Positions 12,099-23,966 of a stretch of DNA of 64,000 bases are shown here, one piece after another (the first letter of the stretch is position 1; each line of letters starts with the position of its first letter). The stretch is from the NCBI GenBank assembly GCA_023334545.1, contig JAADVB010000081.1, positions 5,734-69,733 of the forward strand. Reading direction: 5' to 3'. The notes below the pieces were generated by a model. That model saw nothing but the letters and a program-made list of their open reading frames with translations, had not been told where the DNA came from and searched no databases. A program made the position numbers and the translations under genes. This DNA comes from Salisapilia sapeloensis CBS 127946. Its lineage: Eukaryota > Protista > Oomycota.

Positions 12099-12787
12099 GT
12101 TTTCACGTCTAGGAAATGAGAAATGGCTATATTTGGAACGCTCGACGTCGTCTGTAGGATCCCACTTTCCTAGTAGACATGAGCTTATTTGATGCTGCTA
12201 AAGACCTCGTCTGGTTCGCTCTGAGGGATAATAGAAATAAGACAGTAGACCTGACGAGTGTTAGTTTCCACATCAATTCTTTCTACGATCATTTGCTCTC
12301 CGAAAGGCATGCTCAACCTCAGAAATCCATCAAAGTTTCCAAACTTCCAAATACATTTCCATTCCAATTCCATATCCACAAACCTTAGTAAAAACATCAA
12401 ATAGCGCGTCAGATGTCAATGTCTAAGCTAGACATCTTCTTGGCGACTTGATGGACGAAATGGATTCGAAGCACTTGGTAACTTGGACGACGGTCACCTC
12501 TCGTCAAAAGTATCGCGATACCTCCCACAAATCATTATCACGATGTACACCTTGACTAAGTCTTTTTAATTATTTATAACAATATATCATATATGAAATC
12601 TACTATTGAAGCAAATGCTAATCAAAACATTGTACCTTTTTATCGATTACTGCGTAAAATCAATTTGTAAAGGATCAGTTCTAGGAGGTATGACGGTATC
12701 TCGACACCCAACTAAACCACATTACGCCTATCGTACTTGTCATTCATATCCTCCGTCACCTCCAATAGCTCAGATTGCTACATTACG

Positions 12788-14511
12788 ATGCTATCCGAGT
12801 CGGAAGCTGCGTTCTACTCCTTCGGAGCTGTCATGCTCCTGCTCTATCTAGTCCCTGCAGGCATCTACACTAGCTACAGGCTATACAGACAGCCCAAAGC
12901 AGCTCTTCGATCCAATGCTTTTCAATTCCACCTCGCGATCGTAGTCATCCTCATCGCACTCCTGTGGCAATGTTTACGTACACTTGAGGACGTCGATATC
13001 TCTGGCGTCTTCGACCCCTATGATATCCTCGGTGTGACCATGTCAACCTCCATTAAGGACATTAAGCGCAAATACAGACGCATGGGAAGAGAACTTCATC
13101 CTGACAAGAACCCTAGTGCCCAGGCAGCAGCACAATTCCAGCGCCTGACGAAAGCCTATGAAGCACTGACAGATGCACGAGGGATGGAAAACTATAAAAA
13201 GTATGGTCATCCAGACGGCAAGCAGTCGATCCTGATGAACTTTGCCGGTCTATCCGACTTTGGCGATAGCAACGGGTCGATCTTTGTCCTCCTCTACTTT
13301 ATCGGTATCTTTGTCGGTCTCCTCTTCCTCGTCTACTACGTCCGAGGAGGTGGTAGTAGTCGAGATAGAACCCACGTATCGAAAGACACTAGACAGAAGC
13401 TCGTGGAGGCTGTAAAGAATGACATGAGCGTCCAGGACATTGCAGAGCTCTTGCTCTCCACCCCTGAGATGGCAGGAACAAGTAGTGAGAAGGAGACAAT
13501 GGAGCTACAGCAACGCAGCAAAGCGCATGAAAAAGTTTTGAAGAAGATAGACGCAGCCAAAGCTCTACCAGCACCTGCCATTGCTCGTATCAAGAAATGC
13601 ACTGATCTAGCGACTCGGTATCATTTCCGTACAAGGCTCTATCATGTAGTATCTAACTGAGTCATGTAGAGAGAACCTCATCGCCTTGTACTGCTTCCTC
13701 CGTCGCCACAAGCTGCCAAACCTCATGAAACCTGATTGGCGTACTCTTTCCTACTTCTATAACAGCTACAACAGTTCTCATACCTCGAAATAGTCGAAAT
13801 GCGTACGCGTCGTGTCGTCCTCGAACTCCCCTTCCTCCTAGACGTACTCCTTAGTATCCTCTACCTCCATTCTACCTCTAACTCACGATAATCGTAGCTC
13901 TTTGCCGACATCGCGACGGCCGTGAGCGTTAAACGCGGAGATAAGAGTACAACGGTGGAGCGTTGTGTGGGTCTGCTAGCAGGTATGATGCAAGGCAGCC
14001 TCGTCGCAGATGACCAGGCACTACAGGAGCAACGCCAGCGCCTCTCGACCGCTCCTCCGTCCTATCAGCTCGTCAATCCGTCCTTGTGCGTAGTCGACGA
14101 AGACCACGTGCGGCCTGGCGACTACCTGACACTATCGCTACAACTCGTTCGAGAGCATCTAGATGAAGGAGACAGCGCCCCATTAGCAGCAAGTGTCTAC
14201 GATCAAGTGGATCCGTCCATCTTGTATCGAAAGGAACATGTCTACTTTATCGTGACGGAGAAAAAGAGTCGACAGCTCTTGTCTGCTTGGAAGTGCAACG
14301 ACTTGAACAAGACAGTGGACGTCCAGAAAGTGTTCCAAGGACCGTTCAAACCAGGTACGATGCATATATTGATCCGTCTGCTCTAGTTATATTCATGCTG
14401 TGTCTAGCCAAGTACCAGGTCGAGATCCAAGCCATGTCAATGTGCTACTTGGATGTCTCGAGTACCACTTCCGTACCTCTCGAGGTCGAAATGGAGATGG
14501 ATCGGAAGTAG
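12788..14511 (+). CDS. SEC63: SEC63-like ER translocation protein (TM segments, J domain, Sec63/Brl C-terminal part); several introns after about 13615
   Basis: FDPYDILGV...LHPDKN J domain between hydrophobic segments; YKKYGHPDG motif; C-terminal fibronectin/Ig-like Sec63 region (FQGPFKPG|KYQVEIQAMSMCYL). Confidence 0.78.
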
Positions 14512-14677
14512 AAAATCTGAATTACTGAATGACACACTCATCATCGTCCTTGTGTTTTCCCTCTCGTCGTCGCTCCATCTCACGTTCCTTGGCCTCTCGT
14601 CTCATCCGTTCCTCTCGACGGACAAAGTAGCCTGCTTTTTCATCCAATTTATAATGCTGCATGTGCCTAGAGGTCGA

Positions 14678-15210
14678 TTAGTACGAGAAGAGGATGGCGG
14701 AGAGGATGGCGTACGCTGTGACGCGAGCACTGCCTGGACTGCGTGCCGTAGGGGTATTGTCCCGAGAGGAAGACGAGTGCATTTGCGCCCTCTTCTTCGG
14801 CTCGACGCCATAGTGATGATAGAGCCATTCTTCCTCATTAATGCCATAAGCTGGTCCGGTATACATGGTAAAGTTGGAGCTGCCTCGTCTGGACCTCGGT
14901 CCGTACGTTTGTTTCCCGAACCGGTCATCTCCGGCGGTTGGATTGTAGGAAGTCCGGAACGTAGCGTCATACTGTCGTCGTTCTTGCGGATCCGTGAGAA
15001 TATGATACGCCTCGTTCACGCGTTTAAAAGCTTCGGCTTTCGACTGATCATTCCCTGTTACATCCGGGTGCAGCTTTCGTGCTAATTTCCGATAAGCTTC
15101 TTTAATTTCTTTGGTCGATGCATTCCTACGCTCCAATAAGTCCTTGTATAATCACTAGTATCCATCAATGGAACCTACCGAGAGACGCTGAGGACGGCGT
15201 AGTAATTCAT
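14678..15210 (-). CDS. Small DnaJ-domain protein with a C-terminal hydrophobic tail; intron 15126-15178
   Basis: Spliced MNYYAVLSVSR|NASTKEIKEAYRKLARKLHPD...FKRVNEAYHILTDP. Confidence 0.88.
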
Positions 15211-15419
15211 TCTGAATTCTTTTCTTTTTCCAAGAACCACTTGTCGCAGGTACCGCACCCACCCAACAAAGTACGCTCCCTTTTATACCGCAGTTTCGAC
15301 CGTCGAGTATTCTCTCTGACTCTTTGTATACCGCCAAAGAGACAGATTCTCGCTCTCGACCACACTTGCTCTTCGCACCCGTTGGCTTCTGCCCGATAGC
15401 TACTTCCTCGATACACGTC

Positions 15420-16975
15420 ATGAGCGTCTCGAATGATCGCGCACGATGGAGCCTCGCTCGCGCCACGGAGTTCTTTAGTGGAGATGGAAAACCAGACATG
15501 TACACACCTCTTTCTTGGTCCTAGTAGACGATTCGAACCTTAAAACACCATTTTTAGGCTTGATATTCGAGGCATGACGGCCGTCACCAAAGGTGCGACG
15601 GGGAAGCGTGATAAATTCCGTAAGAGCGTCTCGAAATGTGGCGTGTCGATCTACGGGCCCAAGCACCAGCAATCTACAGGTACACTTGTTTCGTCGACAT
15701 CCCTCTCGCTTTGACATACTAAGAACACGTATAGAAGCGTCGCGAGGGAGCGGCAAGGAACGTATCTTTATTGAAGACCCGCGAGCGCCTTGTTTAAACA
15801 TTGACTATGCCAATGAAGCCTACAGGCTCTTGCCGTCGTCTGAGAAGTTTAGCGCCCATTCGGGCGTCTGCCAGATCCTCGGCACCAAGAGCATTCGAGG
15901 TGGCAAGCACAGGATTAAAGTCGGCGATATCATCCGCTTTGGGAGCGTCGGGCTACTAGTGACGGAGATTGACACTGGCGGCGTCGGACCGAACGACGCC
16001 TCGCTCTCGACCGCCGAGACCAATAGTCTCATCCAGCGCGTCGTCTGCCATGACGATGGCGTCGCGGACGTTGACTCTGGTCTGGACACGGATGACGATG
16101 GCGGGGAAGGCTCTGGGAATGACGAGAGTAAGCCTCGAGCGTCTCTCTCTCGACAATCCACGAGTGCCATTTGCTACGTCTGCTACGACGAGACGGAGGA
16201 AGACAACCCTCTCATCTCGCCATGTAAATGCACTGGTGATACCAAGTACATTCATCTGAATTGTCTCAAGCGCTGGAACACGAATGGCGAGAAGAATGAG
16301 ATTTGCACCGTCTTGGATGAACGTAACGCTCGATGCTGTAGCATTTGCAAAGCTCCTTACCCAAGCAAGACACGTCTTCCATCCGGGAAGTGCATCTCTC
16401 TCCTCCCCGATCGTCTCCAAGCACCCAACATTATGTTCCAAGTCGTGACGAAACACTCGTCATCAACGCTGAACCTATCGACGAGATACCAACTGAGCTA
16501 CAAGAGTCTCTTGGAGAATGACATCCATCGTCCGCTCATGGTCGGACGCTCATCTCAATGCGATCTCGTCCTCAAGTATCGCACCGTCTCGACCATCCAC
16601 GCGGAGATTCACTATACCAAGGGTGAATTCTTCCTCAAGGACGCCGGGAGCTCCAATGGGACACTACGATACATTTATCGTCCACTTACGCTGCATAACA
16701 ATCAGAGTCTCCACGTCAAGTTCGGTCGTACGGTCTTGTCAATTAAACCGACGAAGAAGATTCGATTGCCGCACTTCTTCTCCGGTACGACTGGAAATGG
16801 TCCGATGAATGAGTATGGACGATCGGAGGACGGTATGCAAGAAGAGGACGATCAGGCGCTGGACCACGTGACGCCGACGGACCAGCGGCAGCGCTTTGCG
16901 TCGCCCCCCGCGGCTAGTTCGAATGGCAATGCTGGACATGGGCTCCAGTCGCAGATGGACAATTTAGACTTGTAG
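15420..16975 (+). CDS. FHA-like + RING-variant (RINGv/C4HC3) + FHA domain protein, putative E3 ligase; 5' end uncertain (main ORF 15593-16975)
   Basis: CYVCYD...PCKCTGDTKYIHLNCLKRW...CSICK; FHA motif MVGRSSQCD...VSTIHAEI...DAGSSNGT; upstream FHA-like KVGDIIRFGSV. Confidence 0.85.
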
Positions 16976-16981
16976 CACAAG

Positions 16982-17058
16982 TGTCCTCCACGACAAAATG
17001 GACACTTGAGAATGTCCTCCATGAGAAATGGACATTTTGATAGTGTCCTCCATGACAG
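16982..17058. repeat. 31-bp tandem repeat (about 2.5 copies) between convergent genes; each full unit has a TGTCC...GGACA inverted arm
   Basis: Units start at 16982, 17013 and 17044: tgtcctccacgacaaaatggacacttgagaa / tgtcctccatgagaaatggacattttgatag / tgtcctccatgacag. Confidence 0.85.
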
Positions 17059-17154
17059 GATCACGACGCGAGGAGCATGCATACTGTAATAATTTTCAAC
17101 CTTTGCCATGAATTTGTCAACCTTTCTTGTATGTCCACTTGTATTATTGTCCTC

Positions 17155-19827
17155 CTAGACGTCCACAACGTTGAACTCGACGATGCTCCGGGCCAAATTC
17201 GCCATAATCGCGCTTTCGAAGCGAGCTGCGACGCTCGGATGATCGCGTTGCATCTTGCGATACTTGCTTCGACTAAGGAAGAAGAGGAGAGTTGTCGCTC
17301 GAGCTTCAGCCGAGAACTGATGTCGACGACGCAATGCGAACTCTGATGACCCGCAGATGCCACCACAAGACACGCGCATGACCCTCTTCCGTCCAGAGAA
17401 GCCAGGCCCCATGGCTTGATGGACCTTGGATGGCACATACACATCCACTTTGCCATACCCGATGAAGTAGATCCCAGTCACGAGCGATCCGACTCGATAG
17501 ACCGTATCTCCTTCTTGTTTCCACATGTACTCGATATACTTTTCTCCAATCTCACGCGTCAAAGCACCATCCGCATGCTCTCGCTTCGGCAACATCTCTT
17601 CCAACAACTGCATACGATCACTACCTTTCGGTATACTAGACGTAAGCGGTTGCACGCCTTCACTAAGCAGTAGTTCATCCTCACACCATTCAAGAGCACG
17701 GTCGACGGATTCAAAGACGAGAGAGCCATCGCCACTACCATCTTCATGCTCTAAAACGTCATGCACACGTAACAAGTTCTCTACTTCAGGGATGACACTC
17801 GCGAAGATTAACGTGATGCCATGCTGATCCAAAAGCTGCTTTGTTGCTTGGAAGCAGCTACGGACGGCAGTGGCATCGACACCTCGTACACGTTCAAAGT
17901 CGAGGATGAAAAACTGTGTGCGCTTCGCGGTCATGATCTCCGCCGATTCATCCATCGGATCCGTCTCGAGACTTGAGAAGGCTGCACCACCATCTTCTAA
18001 TGTCGTTAGTTCATCCTCTGCATCTGTCGTCCCAGCGACACTAATCGGTATTTCAGGGGATAGTAGCGGCGTGTGTTCCTGCATCACACCTCCATCCGAG
18101 TGATTCGCATTCACTAGTACATGCTTTCGTATCTCTTCATTCATCTTGACACTACTCCCGAAGAAGATGAATCCGTCGAACTCTAACGTGACGATCGCTA
18201 GACGTAGACGCTCGAGTACACGTTGTTCTCGTCCACTACGTTCTACTCGACTACTCTTGACAACACGTCGAACGCTAGAAACGTTGATATACGAGTAGAT
18301 AAAGTTGAAACCAGCGATGACGATGCCGAGGATGATCCCAGCTTCAAGGTTCAAAAAGTTCATCGCGAGGAACGTTAGCCAGACGATCGCATACTCTCGT
18401 CCGAGCATCTTCTTTCGAGCATGGTACATCCATTCCGAGATGAGGTCAGCGGCGATGAGCGTCTGGAGGGCACCGAAGAAGAATTTAGGAACGTAAGCGA
18501 TGATCGAGAACGGACAAAAGACAACCACGATTTCTAATAAAGCGACGAGGACACCATTGAGACGAGTGAAGACACCGCCACGCATGGTGAAAATCGTTTG
18601 AGAGAAGATGTAGGAACCAGTGAAGCCACCCGTGAGACCGGATACGAGGTTACTAAACCCGACTGTCTGGAGCTCGACGTTATAGTCTAGTGGTCGACCA
18701 AGTCCCATCTCGACTGCCGCGACGTCGAGAGACGAGGAGAAGCTTACTACGAAAAACATAGCGATCCAATTCGGAATCTGAGCAGTCATGAAACTAAAGT
18801 CGACCTTGTCTAGTTGATAGAATTGGTAGCTATCGAATACAGAAGGTTGGGAGTGCGGGAGCTGACCGACCCAGCCACTGTCTCGAGCGTCTTGCATCGA
18901 GTACCCAAAGCCAAAGAGAATGGCGTAGAATATAAACAAGACAGATCCGAGGCAGCTCGGGAGGACACCGATGTGGTCCACGTGCGTCACGATGACAAAG
19001 ATGAGGACGCCGGCGAGGAGACCTGGTGCGATGAGTGTCAGCGACTCGGCGTTCGCGAGCTCTGGCCAGTCCGAAAGGTCTTTGATGGTCTTGGACGACA
19101 TGGCTGATAGACCGGCGTCGAGACAGTAGAGACCGATGTAGGCGAGGTAGCCACCGATGACCGGCATGGGGAGGTACTGGACGAAACCAGCGAGTTTCAG
19201 CTTGCCTGTGATGATGAGGGCGATACCGAGCAGGGCAGTAGAGCCGGCTAGAGTGAATAAAGTGGTGGCAATAAGCTCTTCGATACTATACGTCTGTGCT
19301 TTGGCTCGAACGGCGTCGGCGATGTTACTCGCCATGGCAGAGAGGAAGATGAGTCCTGCGTCCTGCACTTGACCGACTGCAAAGGGGAGGGAACTACGAA
19401 AGGCAAAGCAGAGCTGATGGACGGAAGCAGACACGAGCACGAGCTTGACGAACATGTCCATATACGGCTGGAAAGCTTGGTCACGGAAAATGATTTGCGT
19501 AAAGCTGATCATCAATGGGATCAAGATGATCGTATTCAAGAGTCCATATAGTCCGACACGCACGGCTGCAGAACCTTGTGATGGCTCTTGCGTCGTCGTA
19601 TCCATCGGTTGCGGTTTCAATGGTGAACGAGTGGTAGCGCCATTGGTCTGTGCTCGACGCTCGATAAAGTGGCGAGGAGTGCGTTTATGACTGATGCTAC
19701 CGTACGCTACGTCGCTAGAGCGACGAGTGAGTATCGGGCTAAAGGATGTATCTCGGGGAGTCCGATGTCCATCGGGAAAGCGAGCAGGAAAACCTGGAGA
19801 CCGAGCAGCGGCCCCAGCACTATTCAT
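17155..19827 (-). CDS. SulP/SLC26 anion transporter with STAS and cyclic-nucleotide-binding domains
   Basis: Multi-TM region with PFAVGQVQD, LPMPVIGG and GFTGSYIFSQT; STAS motifs FDGFIFFGS and ILDFERVRGVDATA; C-terminal cNMP-like GIYFIGYGKV...GICGSSEF; intronless 890-aa ORF. Confidence 0.9.
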   Translation of the reverse strand: MNSAGAAARSPGFPARFPDGHRTPRDTSFSPILTRRSSDVAYGSISHKRTPRHFIERRAQTNGATTRSPLKPQPMDTTTQEPSQGSAAVRVGLYGLLNTIILIPLMISFTQIIFRDQAFQPYMDMFVKLVLVSASVHQLCFAFRSSLPFAVGQVQDAGLIFLSAMASNIADAVRAKAQTYSIEELIATTLFTLAGSTALLGIALIITGKLKLAGFVQYLPMPVIGGYLAYIGLYCLDAGLSAMSSKTIKDLSDWPELANAESLTLIAPGLLAGVLIFVIVTHVDHIGVLPSCLGSVLFIFYAILFGFGYSMQDARDSGWVGQLPHSQPSVFDSYQFYQLDKVDFSFMTAQIPNWIAMFFVVSFSSSLDVAAVEMGLGRPLDYNVELQTVGFSNLVSGLTGGFTGSYIFSQTIFTMRGGVFTRLNGVLVALLEIVVVFCPFSIIAYVPKFFFGALQTLIAADLISEWMYHARKKMLGREYAIVWLTFLAMNFLNLEAGIILGIVIAGFNFIYSYINVSSVRRVVKSSRVERSGREQRVLERLRLAIVTLEFDGFIFFGSSVKMNEEIRKHVLVNANHSDGGVMQEHTPLLSPEIPISVAGTTDAEDELTTLEDGGAAFSSLETDPMDESAEIMTAKRTQFFILDFERVRGVDATAVRSCFQATKQLLDQHGITLIFASVIPEVENLLRVHDVLEHEDGSGDGSLVFESVDRALEWCEDELLLSEGVQPLTSSIPKGSDRMQLLEEMLPKREHADGALTREIGEKYIEYMWKQEGDTVYRVGSLVTGIYFIGYGKVDVYVPSKVHQAMGPGFSGRKRVMRVSCGGICGSSEFALRRRHQFSAEARATTLLFFLSRSKYRKMQRDHPSVAARFESAIMANLARSIVEFNVVDV

Positions 19828-20218
19828 TCTTGTCGCTCTTGAAAATGGTATAGTCAGGCTTCATCCATCTGGGTATGAGACGATCCAAGAAAAGGAGGGG
19901 GAGGTACTTGATACCTCCGGAATGGATGGACAATCGAGAGAGATGGTGCTAGTACGTTCATGAAAGTTGTCATGTACTATGGTATCTAATATGGAATTCC
20001 AGGTTTCCATAGATATGGGATAAGCAAGGTTTCCGTTGGTGATGGATTGGCAACGAGTAATATGGTATACTTGGTTGGACGTTTCTACTTGAACCTTTCG
20101 GTGTGCCGGTAGATGAGGAAGATGTAGGTAGAGACGGAATGTACCTTGACTTCGCTCTATCTAATGGGTCTGGCTATCTTTCGAAGGAGTTGAGATTAGA
20201 GGAGGGATGCATTAGGAT

Positions 20219-20900
20219 CTACTGCGCTGCAAAAGAGATTTGTGTGGTACATGGATCTTGTCTCGTCTGCACGGCTGACGGGAAGGTAGCAGATGTCGAT
20301 ACGAACAGCGGTCGTATCAAGGCTTTGCTAGTGCATATGCGTTCTGTCGACGATGCAGAAGCGTCGGCAGTATGCGCTGTGGCGATACTTTCAAGTCGCT
20401 TCTCTTCTTTCATGACGTGTATAAACGCATTTCGATGCTAGTTGCGGACATGATGTATAGGATCACAGTACCTGATATCTTTCCTTTCTACTTTGCTGTC
20501 GTCATTGATGAGGTTTGTGCAGGTTGTGCACGACAAAGCTCTCTTCCTCTCGTATGCCCAATGATCAGGAATACGTACGGCATGTTTTCGTTTAATACTT
20601 CTCTCCATAGAAAGCTACAGCATCAAATGTACATCTTGTTCATCCGTACCAACCTACACTACCTAGGCGATGAATATGTAAAACCTCCACTTGAAAACTG
20701 TTGTCCCCGTCCTCGGGTCCTGTCTGGTGGTAGAGCCAATAACGTAGATCTCGAAAGGATAAGGCACGGTTACCATATCTCAGGTACATCGTGCTTTCAA
20801 ATCTACTCTTCATGCACACAGCACAGGAGCTTCATCCCAATTATAACAGTGTGCAAAGTCCGAGGTATTAAATTATCGCAATACACCACAGATACTGAAA
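20219..20900 (-). CDS. Possible multi-exon hypothetical gene; structure unresolved
   Basis: Terminal exon-like ORF 20219-20413 follows a CTAG acceptor; GTACGT/GTACTG donors upstream; no motif. Confidence 0.25.
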
Positions 20901-21012
20901 GCATACAAGACGATCTACTAGTTACATTCTATCCAAATAATACTAGTATAAGACGAGAATGTAAGCGTTCACTTTATTAATCCATGGCAATTTCAATTTG
21001 CTCACGATCTTC

Positions 21013-23075
21013 TTAAGCATACATGCTTTCGATTACGTCCTTATGGTTCTCCATGACATTTCGCCGCTTGAGCTTCAGCGTCGGCGTCATCTCACCGTAC
21101 GCGAGCGAAAAGTCTCGGTCCAGGATCGCGTACTTGGAGACACGTTGGGCATGGGAAATCGCTCTTTCATTCGCACGAGCGACACCTTCATCCAAGTACT
21201 TTTGAATGTTTGGACATTCCTTTGCCTCTTGGACAGTTGTCGCTGAGCTTCCAACAGATTCACATACTCGCAAGGCTGTCGGGTCCAGCTGACTCGTCGG
21301 AAGTCCATTCTCATCAGGAACTGTCCGTAGAGTAAGGAGAGCAGAGACAAACTTTCGGCGGTCGCCAATCACGACTGCATTCGACAGAATGCTCATTTCG
21401 TCCTTGAGGACGTTTTCAATCAGACCTGGATGCATGTTCTCTCCGCCTGCAGTGATAATGAGCTCCTTAATACGACCAGTGATCTTCACGAAACCGTCTT
21501 CATCCACGTCGGCACAGTCACCCATGTGATACCATCCTTCGTCATCTATCGCTGCTTTCGTCTGGTTCTCATCGTTTAAGTATCCCATCATCACGTTTCG
21601 ACCGTAGAGGCACAACTCACTCGTGCCTTCCTCCGACTTGACCTTGGATCCGGACAAGGCTGGACCGGTGGTGCCGATCTTCCAGATACCACGATTACCA
21701 GACGTCAGCGGTCCTGTTGCCTCACTCGCGCCCATGACCTCATAGACGGGAATGTCGAGCGCAGCGAAGAACTCGAGCGTCTCCTTTGCAATGGGAGCAG
21801 CAGCGCTGATACATAGCAGAGCTTCGTCCAGACCAAGCGCTTGCTTGATTTTGGATAGCACAAGCGCATGGCAGATGCCATAGTCGTACGGATCGCCGTC
21901 TTCCTGGCCGTACTGAGAGTACTGGCTACGTCGCCAGCCACTGCTTTTGGCCCAAGCCATCAGAAGGCTCTTGATCAGACCAGACTCAGCCGCGACAGTC
22001 TTGAGCTTCTCTGCCATCTTCTCCCATACTCGAGGCACGCCAATGAAGATTGTAGGCTTCACCTCCTTTAGCGTGTCCACGAGTGATCCCTTGAGCGCAT
22101 CCGGCTGGGCAAAGTAGACCTGGCAGCCTGATCGCATCGGCAGGTGGACGTCAGCTGCCAACGCTGCGATGTGCGAGAGCGGGAGAAAACTGACGATACG
22201 ATCGACGTTGCTCATGGATCGACCGTAAGGCTCGTAGAAGTGAGGTGCTGTGGATGCCATCGTCCATGTGAGGTTGTCGTGGGAGATCATGACGCCCTTG
22301 GGATTTCCAGTCGTACCGGATGTGTAGATGAGCGTACAGCACTCTCCAGGATGCTGCATTTCCATTCGTTCCTGCAACTGCTCGTCCGGTACGTCCTGTC
22401 CGACTTGCAAGAACTCTTCGAACGAGTACACAGGAATGGTGGCGTGGATGTCCTTCGGTACCTCAGCGTTATAGACGACGAGAGCCTTGAGTTGTGGCAA
22501 GTCCTGCTGCACCTCCAACAGTTTATCTAGCTGCTTCTGACCGTCGCAAAGGACGACCATCGAGTTGGAGTGCTCGACAATGTACTTGCAGGCTGGAGGC
22601 GTGTTTGTCGCGTAGATACCGGTGCCGATGCCTCCCGCGAAGATCGTGCCGATGTATCCCATGACCCATTCAGGCGAGTTGAAGCCAATGATACTTACGC
22701 CTTGGAAGCGTTGGATACCGAGATGCAGGAGAGACTTGCCGAACGCTTTGCTCTGGTCGTAGTACTCTTGGAACGTCATCGAGTGCCTATCATGGTCGAC
22801 TAAGCTCTAGGTTTCCATAGAAAGAAAATGTAACCTAAGTTACCATTTGTCACCGCGTTTGATATGAAATGCTGGCTTTGAAGCGTCCTGTTGGAGACGG
22901 TCGTGGAAGACCTCGATGACCGTTTGGGCGGGGCGAGCACCTAGCTCACCGTCGCATGGACGGATCTCCACTTGGCCGTCGATGCGCCAAGTCTGTCGAT
23001 AAAGGTATGGGTCTATTGGCAATTGTAATTGCAGTCGAAAGAGAAGTTGCGTACACGATAGTCGGAAGGTGCCAT
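21013..23075 (-). CDS. Long-chain fatty acyl-CoA synthetase (bubblegum/ACSBG-like); intron about 22790-22843, short first exon uncertain
   Basis: AMP-binding motif IYTSGTTGNPKGVMISH; YEVMGASE; GWYHMGD; ITGRIKELIITAGGEN; GEMTPTLKLKR. Confidence 0.92.
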
Positions 23076-23966
23076 GTCCAGAGTTTGTAAATTAGGGAAA
23101 TGATATCCAAGGGAACCAAGCGGCTTTCAAACGGACGGCATGCATGTTGTATGGACGTGAGGGATTACACCAATCTTGTCACTTCAAAGTGGTAGTACGA
23201 TGTATTGATATGCAATTATCGAGTTTCTAATGGCTTGAAGGTGCAAGTACCTTGATGGAGAACGTTCACGATGTAGTTGCCACGTTGACCGGGCGTTCGC
23301 TTCGATATCATATGCAACGACTTATTGTGGATACGACAGAAGCTCCATACGCCATAAAAGTTTTGGCACATGAAGTACCAAGGGTGTCCTCGTCCACGGT
23401 AGAGTGGCTCTTGGTGGTAGAAGGTCTCGATTGGAAGGACGCATCGAGCTGTACTGGACATCTTTATAAGACCGGTAGAGAGACCAAGGGCGATGCGCAT
23501 TCGAGCCGGATAGAAGCAATCCAACATTAACAACTGGGTGCACTTGTGTCAAACACTATCACTACCCTTGCATGGAAGCGTCCGAGTATACATGATTCGC
23601 TTCCTTCTCTCTGTACGCCAGTCACTTAGGTCCAAGACCTAATCCAGGTGTATGTCTTCCTACTCAGAGTTGACATGGTATCGAATCTGATGTTCTCGAA
23701 GGTGGTTTCATCAACTATCTTCACGTCTCTCGTCTCGATTAGAAATAGCGAAAGGCAAGGAAGATGCTATAGCACACACGCCAACTTGCATCAGACCAGA
23801 GAGTATTTCGAACGTATAGCCCAAAGCTCGAAAAATCGACTTTGACGTCGTCTCAAAACTTTTCGCACAAGCGCACGCCACTTCCGTCGCCTTGTTTATG
23901 ATACTGACGCCATTACGCCGGGAGCGCCGGCGAGAGGGCAGTCTTGCCTTCATGATACTCAGAGGC

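Noticed and set aside
12179-12388. 69-aa ORF divergent from the PGG-motif gene
   Set aside because: Short, no motif, and no convincing spliced continuation
15136-15165. Apparent frameshift or double stop at the start of the DnaJ gene
   Set aside because: Resolved by a canonical 53-nt intron (15126-15178) with the true ATG at 15210
16982-17058. CRISPR-like array
   Set aside because: The units are contiguous with no unique spacers, there are only about 2.5 copies, the context is eukaryotic, and there are no cas genes
23216-23533. Overlapping about 100-aa ORFs on both strands upstream of the acyl-CoA synthetase
   Set aside because: No motif, and neither strand is clearly favoured; cannot be supported without expression data
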